Assembly: GCA_050084985.1 (NCBI GenBank) | Contig: JBITNC010000001.1 | Location: 48,732,001 to 48,796,000 of the forward strand | Source: Nageia nagi | Taxonomy: Eukaryota; Plantae; Pinophyta | Direction: 5' to 3' | Length of the DNA: 64,000 nucleotides | Shown: positions 1-10,400 of the stretch, in pieces | Numbering within the stretch: the stretch's first letter is position 1 | Layout of the letters: each line of letters begins with the position of its first letter | Notes under the pieces: generated by a model | What the model was told of the DNA's origin: nothing | The model's input: the letters and a program-made list of their open reading frames with translations, nothing else | The model's database searches: none | Position numbers and translations under genes: made by a program

Positions 1-779
1 ATTTACCTTATATATCAAAAAAACTCCTAAAGATATCATTTCCAAGGTGTAATTTATTATATTTAATATATGTTTTATATACTTTTCCTTAAAAGCATGA
101 TATTTATATTATTTTTAAATTATATTTTTGAAGTCGGTTATTTTTTTTTTTTTAAATAATAAAGTTGATTCATTCAACGGACAGACTCACATGCAACATT
201 TTAGCTCTTCACTCCACCACTACTCCAACTATGGAAAATATGTAAAATGAATTATTCATGGAGACAAATTGATAAAATGACTTATTTTCATAAACTATAT
301 TTATATTCAAATCCCAACATCTTTTGTGATTTAGTAATTTCTTTTTACTTGTACAAATCATATTTAAAAGATTAAGAAAAACCAAAAACAAAGATAAAAA
401 TGAATAAAAACAATGAACCTTCTAACAAAAAAAAAATAAAAATTAAGATACATATTACTACCATTTATTTTACAATAACAGAAAAATATAATAAAATGTA
501 CTATCAATTTTAATATATTTTAACATTTGAAATAAACATTAATTTGATAAAATTAAATATACGAAAGAAACATCAAAACTTATATTTATTTTATGTAAAT
601 ATTTAATTGTAGTTTAATAATATTTTTTGTTTTTCGTTGAAGTTAACTATTGCACAAATAACCTATAAAAGTAGGTGTGGATAAAGGCGAAAAAAAGGGC
701 CTTTAGCTAAGTCCGATTAACAACTCACTAATTAATTACTTCAGTTATCCCTCGGTGTCCATTACCGTAATGAGAAATG

Positions 780-930
780 CATCCCGCCCCCACCATTCAC
801 GTGACCATAAATGAATACGACAAGCACCCCTAACCATATGACCCACCGCCAAACGCTTCTCCCTCCTTTTATTTTAACCGGGGTCAAACAAACCGCTGAA
901 CATGAAACCCTAGCCGCTGAAACCCTAGCT
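780..930 (+). promoter_or_regulatory. Probable BRM proximal promoter/TSS region: GC-box-like CCCGCCCC (783-790), G-box TCACGTGA (797-804), two telo-box-like AAACCCTAG (905-913, 920-928)
   Basis: Motifs read directly. CpG-retaining, GC-richer island immediately upstream of the BRM start, next to very AT-rich DNA at 1-650. The TSS cannot be determined from sequence. Confidence 0.5.
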
Positions 931-1252
931 CGAAAAACTTTAATTCACGAATGGTCAGGCTTCTCCATTTTTCCCCTTTTTCTCGGATGCCACGCAGGGA
1001 ATTGGGGGACGGCCTTTGACTGAAAAATCCCCGTAAAAATTAACGGCCAAAAAATCCTGAAGAAAAACAAAATAAATTACTGTTCTAGATTACATATTGG
1101 AATTAAATCCGCAGATCCAAAGATCATACAACGTGGTAGAGAAAACCGTTTAAATCGGATGAAACAAGAGCAAGAAAAGTATTTGAATCCGGAGTGAAGA
1201 AAAAAAGTTTGGATAAGTTTAATTGGATTTAATAAGGGGAAGGAATCCGTGC

Positions 1253-1492
1253 ATGCAACCGGGGTCGCAACAGCAGCAGCAGGGTGGTGGCATGCCACCC
1301 TGCCGCTCTTCTTCTTCGTCCTCTTCACCTTCGCCTTCTTCTTCTTCATCGGGGATTTCTTTGCCCGCGTCACGTCCCGGGTTCGAATCCATGCACCAAC
1401 AACAGAACCAGAACTTACAGCAGACTCAGCAATTACAGCAAGCCCAACAGCAGAATCAAGTTCAGCATCAGCAGCAGCAGAGCTTTCGCCAG
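1253..1492 (+). CDS. BRM: BRM exon 1 ([10 protein letters not shown]...QQSFRQ)
   Basis: ATG at 1253; poly-S/poly-Q stretch like the BRM N-terminus; donor CAG|GTGGGT at 1493, phase 0. Confidence 0.85.
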
Positions 1493-4400
1493 GTGGGTAG
1501 TTTTGATTAGCTTTTATTTTCTGTCATTTCGATTTTAGGGTTTCGAGGTCAAAAGCAATTTTTATTTTTTTACTTGTTTGTGATTTGTCTTGGTGCTTTT
1601 ATCAATCACGTTATTTAGTCCCTGTTTGGCGGTCTTTTAGCTGATTATTTATTTTTGGTATTTAGTTTCTGAGGAACACTTCTAGTCTCTTGTTTAATTT
1701 TTGGAAAATGCTTTTTCGTTGCTGTTTATGTACTTTTGAAGATTATTTTTTGCTTATTTAGTTGTTGGTTTGTTTTTGACGGCTTTGATGTGAGGCAGGG
1801 GTAGTTTTCGAAGTTGTGATGTCGTTGAATTTTGAGTTCAAGAGGGTATTACTTCCACTTCTCACAATTATGCTGGTGGGAGGTTGCTATTTTTAATGAA
1901 TTTAACAATGGTTGACTGCCAGCGTCACTTTTGAGGAATTTGATGCTGGGAACGATGGCAATTTTTGTTAAGAATGCCTTATCAATTAACTGTTGTGAGT
2001 CCAGTTTCATTTTGGTGAATTTGAAAAGGGGAGTTAGCGAGTTGTAAATTGAATATGAGATCTGCTATATGTTCAAACCCTGTAGACCAGCTAGGACTTG
2101 AAGCCAGGACTAGCATTATAAATAATTTTCGATAGATTTCAGGGGGGAAGACATGTCTTATTAATCTGATGTGTGTTCACTTTCATTTTGGTAAATTTGA
2201 TGATCGGAGTTGGCTAGTTGTAAATTGGATATGAGATCTGTTATATGATGAAACATGTAGATCAGTTAGGACTTAAAACTGGGACTAGTCCTATAAATGC
2301 TGTATATGAGGCACACCACTGAGCTAGGGTCTCTTTTTTTTTTCAAAGATTTTTCCTAGTATGGATTGACCTTCTAACAATATTTTGGTAGATTTGATGT
2401 CGAGGTTTCCAAACCCTTGTAAGGTTATATATACAAGGAGGGGCTGCAATTTTTGGTAAATTTGGTGATAGATGTCTGCCTTTCTTGTAAATTTGCTATG
2501 GAAAGGCTGCCAAGTTTTGCAAATTTGATGCAGAGAGGGTGGCAAGTTTTGCGAATTTGATGAGGAGAGGGTGCCAAGTTTTACGATTTTGATGGAGTAG
2601 GGCGACATGTTGGTAAAATTGATGTGCAGACTGCAATTTCTGATGAATTTAATTGGTGGTGCACGGAAGTCGAGGGTGTAGATCCACAATTTATAGTAAA
2701 TGTCACTCGAATTTGATGTGGCCTGGTGCTATCTTTTGACGATTTTGTCATCATGTAAATCTTCATCTGTAATATTATTGTATTTTGTTGCCGTCTTGTT
2801 GATGGTTTTGCCAACAGCCTTGGTGATGCTTTTGGCATTTGTTTTTTTGTTTAAGCTTATTTTATCATCTGTTTAGTGCCACTTCAGATAATTGACATCA
2901 TTTAACTCTACCAATAAGAATTTGATGTGGTTTTTTTGCATGTTTGATTAGCATGTCGCTCCAGTTTGATGTAGGCCTGCTGCCATTTTTGCTATTTTCA
3001 TCAGTTGTATTCTCTCTAAAGTTAAAGACAAGGATGGATTGTTGCCATTCTCAATTATCTTGTCATCTTCATGTATAATTGGTGTGGATCTGACACTTAT
3101 TTGATTATGTGGTACATATTTCTGGCTTTAAGTTAAATTGATTGCTTGTTTGTATGATAATTTTGCAATGATACACAAGGATATTTTCATGATGGGGGAC
3201 ATCTTGGGGATGTCTCCTGCTGTCCTCCCTTTTTTTGGATGTATTAGGAGTTTTTTAAACAATTTTTTTGACAAATGTCTCAAAAGATGGTACATACAGG
3301 ACGTTGAGCTTTCAAAAGTCCCAGCATCTCTGATGCTGCACAGTTTAAAATATGAAAAAAAAAACAAAAACAAAATTAAACACATGGATGGAGTCCGCTA
3401 AGCACTCTCATTATCATAAACCTAAAACAAAGTTAAAAATGAATAAAAAGTAACAAAAAAAGAAAACAAGATGTAAAAAGTAAAAATAGTTTTCGTTCTC
3501 GTTGTTCACTCTCATTGTTCATTCTCAGCTTATGCATTTAAAAGTACATGAATGTTTTTTTCTCAGCCTGCTAAACGGAAGAAAGAAAGCCAAGAGAAGA
3601 AATGGAGTCAAAAGTGTACTTTGAGTCTCTACTTGGAAGCTTGATATTTTTCATCTCAACAAATTTTTGACTTTATTTTTTTCGCCACAAAAAGGTTACT
3701 TGAATCTCTACTTGGAAGCCTGCTGATGTTTTTTCAACTCAACATATTTTTGTCTTCTCTAAGGATTTTTTTCACAAATGCAACCAAAAGGAGCAGCTTA
3801 CGGTCCCTTGATCCTAATCAATTAATAAGGTTGTATATGTATTTTCAAGTTTTGTATTTGGTTTTATTTATCTAAGCATTCATTAATTACTATGAAAGAA
3901 CCCGATTTTAATATTTTATGTAATATTTTTGAGAATCTTATAATTTATGTTTGCCATCTTGGGATGTCCAAAAAAGTTGACCGTGCTGTCCCCAGCATAT
4001 TGGAAATACATCCCACTGTCCCCATCCTCAATAGTTCTTGTATCCTTGTGATTTTCCCATTTGTTCTCACCTGTAACTGGAATTAAATGTCTTTATGAAC
4101 CCTTTGTTGTTTCACATTTCTTTTATGTGCAGTTTGGGATTAGATTGCTCTTATTTTTTGCTTTTGTATTTATTGAATTTGATGTATCTAGATTTTTTAT
4201 GCTAGACTTTTAGTTTAAAAATTACTTAATGTGTATTTATTGAATTTGATGCGACCATAGTTTGAAAAATCGGCGGGTTCTCGTGGTTACACGTGTTTTT
4301 CTTGGTGGCAAGTAAATTGCTGCCGAGTAACTGCGAGTCACCAGAAAAGTTGGAAGTTACTGGTCAAAACTTGGCTAGTTACAAGCAGAAAAAAAGAACT

Positions 4401-7400
4401 ATCGTGCAGCCTTATAAGAGAAAAAAAACATCCTGCCGTAAGGAGTGGAAGATTACCTTCAGTGATTGTTCTCCTGCTGCTAATCCTTATCCCTGCCTTC
4501 GATGATAACATTCCTTTGCCTTATTTTGCATTGTTGAAAATGGAAGTTACGAATCATGAACAATCTGAAAGATGGAGTGCCCCCCCATGCTTAATGCAGT
4601 TATTATGGGGTGGAATGGCATATCTTAGATGCCTTTGTTTATGCGAGGGCAGAAGAAGAATGTTTCTAGAAAAGCAAGAGAGCAATGTCTCTATGCTGTA
4701 ATCTCGTGCCTCCATGGAAAGATAGTGGACACAAAATTTGGGGTCACACTATCCTCTCTACTCAACCATTTATAATCATTAACTACACTACTAAAAGTGT
4801 ATTAAAATTTAACTATAATAAAATAAATGCTTTTGCGAATTTTGTATTAAGTATGATAATGTATTAACCGTTATATAATACATTGTGTGATAGTGTATTA
4901 ACTATTATAATCATGTGAATATTTAGAATTCATTTTGTCTTTTGCTGAAGCTTTTATGTGCACACAATATTCCGCAATAGGATTTTGTTAGGGAATAAAA
5001 CCTGTTGATCTTGACATAGATATGCGGTCGTGACTCTTGAGTCTTGATATACTTTGGACCTTTCTTAGACCTTGCAAATTGACAGTGATTTACTTGTCTC
5101 AATGTCTTTATGAAAAGAGCATTCAAACATCAAGCATTAAATGGCATTATATGGTTAAGGACCATATGTTTTAAAGTGTGCTGTTAAAAAGTTGTCCAAG
5201 ATTTGATGCTTTGGGAATTTACTGGAGACAGTAGTTGACTAGGATTTAATGGTTATTTTAAGTTTTAATAATAGTTAAGTTTGGTACTTGTGAAATTATT
5301 GAAAAACAAAGAAAATAATACAATGTGTAACATGGAAGCATGTTTCGAAAATACCTCTTAACGATTGGTCTGGAAAATCTGCTAAATTCATATTTATTTA
5401 GATGTTTGAGGTTGACTCGGAAGTAATGATTTTTAAATATTTTTATAATACGTCCAAGAGTTAGTTGAATTTTGAGAATTGTAAATTTCCTTTTGGAAGA
5501 ATGAATGTCAACATACCGTTTGCCTCTCTCTATTGTTATTACTACCCAGAAACTGTTTTCTGAGACTGGAAAAGGTGTATCTACATTTCTTTTATATCAC
5601 ACCTGCAGTTTGTATTAATACTATCAAGGCACATGGACTATGATTTTTTTTTCTAATTAATGTGAAGTCTTAAGTTTGACATTTCGTATGAAAATTTGTG
5701 TTTGATTTTGGCACATCTTTGTTTTTTTAATTTTGCTGAAATTTCAAATTTGAAGAATAGCTAATTTTATGAACTTTTAATTCAAATGGAATCTTCGTCC
5801 TAGAGGGTAATTTGCTAGTAACAACATTACACTATACTAGTTCATTTGATATTTTGCATGTCAAAAGGTTTCTGGGAGATCAATCTTGAATCCTTCTTTT
5901 AAGTCAAATGAGAATCTCTTTAATTGCTTTCTTTTTTTTTGCCTTTCAGTAAGGGTGACCAGGACATGGCCTTTTGGTAAGTTGGTTTTTTCTGAAATGT
6001 ATTATTCTGACATTTGTATTGCATTCCTTACAGCAACAGCTTATTCGTAATTCTCAGGGAGATGAAGCACTCCGCAGTTTTTCAGCAGGTGGTGTTCAAG
6101 GCATTGTTGGGGGTAGTGGCGTTGGTGGACCAGCAGGCCCAACACAATTGTCCCAGCAACCAAGAAAGTTTTTGGATTTAGCACAGCAGCAGCAACTAGC
6201 TGTGCAACTTCAAGGTGAAGGGCAGGCAAAAAATCTGAGTCCTATGCACGCACAAGCCTACCTGCAATTTGCTCTGCAGGCAGCTCAGCACAAGGCCCGT
6301 GCAAATATCCAATCTCAGCAGCAGGGCAAAGCGGGTGTGATAGGCCCCACTGCGGCAGACCAAGATCTCTTGAACAATTTGAAACTTCAAGAACTGATGC
6401 GGATGCAGGCCGCAAACCAGTCACAGCTGGCCATGTTCAAGAAGTCACCTGGGCAATTTGTGCAGTTGGATAAGCAAATGGAGCAAGGACAGACAAGCAA
6501 TGATATGAGAAATGAAACAAAAAACCAGCAGATACAGATTGCGCACTTACCAGGCAACATGGGAAGGCTGGGGCAAGGGCAAGGGCAAGGGCAATTGCAG
6601 GGGCAAGGACTCCAAAATCAGCATCCAATGCCAAATATTGTGAATAACCAGTATGCAAATATTTCGCAGGTACAAGCTCTTCAGGCTTTGGCCATGGATA
6701 AGAATATTGATCTCTCGTCTCCTGCTAATGCACATCTTATTCCTCAACTTTTACATCAGTGGCAATTACGTTTAATGGCAGCACAAAAGGCCAATGAAGG
6801 TAATGTTGCTGCACTTCAGGCACGGATTCTGCCATCAAAGACACACATTGCTGCTTCTTCACCAGTCCCAGATCATGTGGGTACTAGCAATGTTAGTGGT
6901 AGTCATTCCAATTCCATTCCTGAAGGCCATGCTGTTCAGGGAGGAGGTTTACAGTTGCATGCTAAACCTAGGCAGGCAGTTGCAACTGGATCAGTATCAT
7001 CAGCAGCAAGTCCTGCAGGAGTCAATCCAAGTGCTGCTAAGGTGCAGCAATCCATGTCCCAAGGGGTAGATTATCAACTGGATAGGACAAATAGGCATCA
7101 GAATATGCCTGTACTACAGCAATGTCTGTGCTTGGACTGCCTTCATCTTCTCCTGTAACTCAGATGGCAGACCCTTCAGTGGCAAAGAACGTGCAGGTTT
7201 CTCCAGAATCTTTACAAATGCAGTACTATAGGCAGATACAGCAATTGAACAGATCTTCTATGCATTCGGCAAGTTCAAATGAAGGATTGACATCAAGCCA
7301 TCAGTCAACTCCACCAGTTAATCGTTCAGCTCAAGTCCAACAACAGTATGGGTTTACAAGGCAACAATTACTTGTTCTTAGAGCTCAAATACTAGCCTTC

Positions 7401-10400
7401 AGACGACTCAAGGTAAGAACTTTTTGATAAGGGTAGCGTTGTCACTTTTTTGTTGTTCCATTGTCACAGTAGTGAACAATCATGGGATAATTATTTAGTG
7501 GCTTTTTATGTATTTTTACAGCGAGGCGAAGTTACTCTTCCAACTGATGTCCTTCGAGCTATTGTCCCCCCTCCTCTTTACTCCCAGCAAAGCCAAGTTA
7601 TTCCAGAGCCTGTACCAAAAGAGAAGGCTTTTACCCATAATGCTGCAGATCAACAAAGGGCTGTAGATGCTAATAATGCTTTGCAACTGATTGTGGCACC
7701 AAATAAAGGATATAACACAGTTAAAGAAGAGAGAGACGTGAAAGAGTCTTCAATGAGTGAAGAGAGAAAACCAGTGTCAAACTCATATCCTGGTTTGCAG
7801 GCTACTGGAAAGGAAGGATCAGCAATTGTAGTTTCTGAGAAGGAAGAAAAAATGAATAAATCCTCAGTAAAAGTGGAAAAAGAAGCTGAACAAATTGCAC
7901 AGGTTAATGCTTCTATATCAAATGAAATATCTACGGATAGAAGTAAATTCATTGTTTCAAAGCCTCCTCCAGATCCCTCTACCCAGGTCAAGAAGCATGC
8001 TTTGGGCAGTTCTGGGCATGTTTCTAAGGATGTGAACATCGTGAGGAAGTATCATGGTCCTCTTTTTGACTTTCCACCGTTTGGGAAGAAGTTAACAACT
8101 ACATTGCCTACTAGTAACAATGGTATAAATCCATTATCTATAGGATATGATGTAAAAGATTTATTGTTTGAAGAGGGAACGGATGTTCTCAATAGAAAAA
8201 GGACTGAAAATCTTAAAAAGATAGAAAGATTATTGGCAGTGAAACTGGATAGGAAACGAATCAGACCTGATCTTGTTTTAAAGCTACAAATTGAAGAGCG
8301 AAAGCTACGGCTTTTAGATCTTCAGGCTAGAGTAAGGGATGAAGTCAATCAGCAACAGCAGGAGATAATGGCAATGCCTGATCGGCCATATCGAAAGTTT
8401 GTGCGCCTTTGTGAACGGCAACGTGCAGAGCTTGCACGACAAGTTCAACTTTCCCAGAAGGCAATAAAAGAAAAACAATTGAAAGCTGTGTTTCAATGGC
8501 GTAAAAGGTTATTCGAAGCTCACTGGGCAATTCGTGATGCTAGAACAACTCGCAACAGAGGGGTCGCTAAATATCATGAGAAAATGTTGAAAGAATTTTC
8601 TAAGAAGAAAGATGAAGACAGGAATAAGAGAATGGAAGCCCTAAAAAATAATGACGTAGATAGATACCGTCAGATGTTAGAACAGCAAACTCAGATTCCC
8701 GGTGATGCTCAAGAGCGCTATATGGTTCTGTCTAACTTCTTGTCCCAGACAGAGGAATATTTACACAAACTTGGAGGAAAAATAACTGCTGCAAAAGCAC
8801 ATCAAGAGGTTGAAGAAGCTGAAATTGCTGCAGCTACAGCTGCACGAGCACAGGCATGTAGAGTTTTATTAAGTGCAAAAGTTTTACTTCACCTTTATTC
8901 CCATGTGAGACTTATCCTTTTCATTTAGTACTTGTCTCTATAGGGACTTTCAGAAGAGGAGGTTAGAGCAGCAGCAGCCTGTGCAGGACAGGAGGTGACG
9001 ACGAGAAATCGATTCTCAGAAATGACCGCTTCTAGGAATGATATGTCTATAAACAAGTGAGTGCACATGACTTTTGTGATTGACATTTCCAGCTAGGGAT
9101 GATTTGTAAGTTTGCTTTGTATTTGTGAGATTTGGAATCTTTACTCACTTGTACTGGTATGTTTAGGTACTATAATCTTGCACATGCTGTAAATGAAAAG
9201 ATCCTCAGACAACCATCCATGTTGAGGGCTGGAACATTACGTGATTATCAACTTGTGGGTGATTCAAAATAAGATGTGTTACATATTGCATTTATAGTCG
9301 GCTTAGTCTTTTGAGTTGACAATTCTATTAATTGCCAGTTCAAAATTGCAAGTTGCATTATTTTATCAATTTCAAGTAATTGATAGTTTTGCTTTTACTT
9401 TTCAAGGTTATAGAACCCCCTATGTAATTGTATCTGTTCTCAAGGTTATGTTGATGGGCATTCCAGGTTGGGTTGCAGTGGATGCTTTCCTTGTACAACA
9501 ATAAGTTGAATGGTATTCTTGCTGATGAAATGGGCCTTGGCAAGACTGTACAGGTAATGCATATCTATTACTTTAGTGCATCTTAGACCAGTCACAGGTT
9601 GCCCATTTTATCCATCTCTTCTTTCCCTCTCTCTCCTTTTGTTTGAGGAATCCCCTTTCAAAACAATGTCAATAGCCTGAAACTCAATTTTCAGTAGATG
9701 ATTTTTTTCAATGTTTTATTACGCCTGTGAACTCAAAGCCAGAGTTACCAATGCACCTTACACCTTGTCTGGATACTAAAGTATGTGCGTCAGATACAGT
9801 CAGATATAATACTGCAAGGATCTGGATGTGTCCAAATGTGTTCTTTTACTCGGGCAGTATAAGATGTCTGGATACTAAGTTATAAAAATAATATTTTTAA
9901 TTAAAAAATCCTAAGAATTTTTATATTATTCTTAGGAATTGATAAACTAGTGAAAATATTTGTTATGATCTATGTTTTTAGAATGTATGAAATATCAAAT
10001 GTGTGATTTTTTAAAATTGTAACCAGATGAATATGTATCAAGGGGTTTTGGAACACTATACCTGCATTTTATACAGCATTTATTTCATTGCAACTACGCC
10101 TTTAAAGACCTAATGTATTATGGGGGTATGTTAGAATATTAGGATAATACATTAATCAATAGTCCTTTGTTGTTATCACCAAGTTAAAAATAGTCAAATG
10201 TTGTTAGCAATAGCTGTAATGATAAGGAAGCGTAGTGATTTCTATTTATACATGTGTCAAGAACAATAATGTATTGCAGTCTTTCATTCTCATATGGTAT
10301 CAGAGCAATCTCGATGGGAATTTCTCTCCGTCTGCCAGTAAAGAATTCATTCTTATGAAGATCCAGTGAGCATGAGAATCCAATGCTCAGATCTGCATTA

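Noticed and set aside
1077-1538. Overlapping ORFs around exon 1 (hydrophobic 1249-1500, basic antisense 1077-1373)
   Set aside because: Alternative-frame products of the TCT/CAG low-complexity repeats in BRM exon 1; 1249 starts with GTG.
9400-9466. Extra AAG|GT sites upstream of the exon 6 acceptor
   Set aside because: AAG acceptors are weak and the 9444 site would frameshift. The CAG at 9466 gives the conserved protein, and nothing supports regulation.
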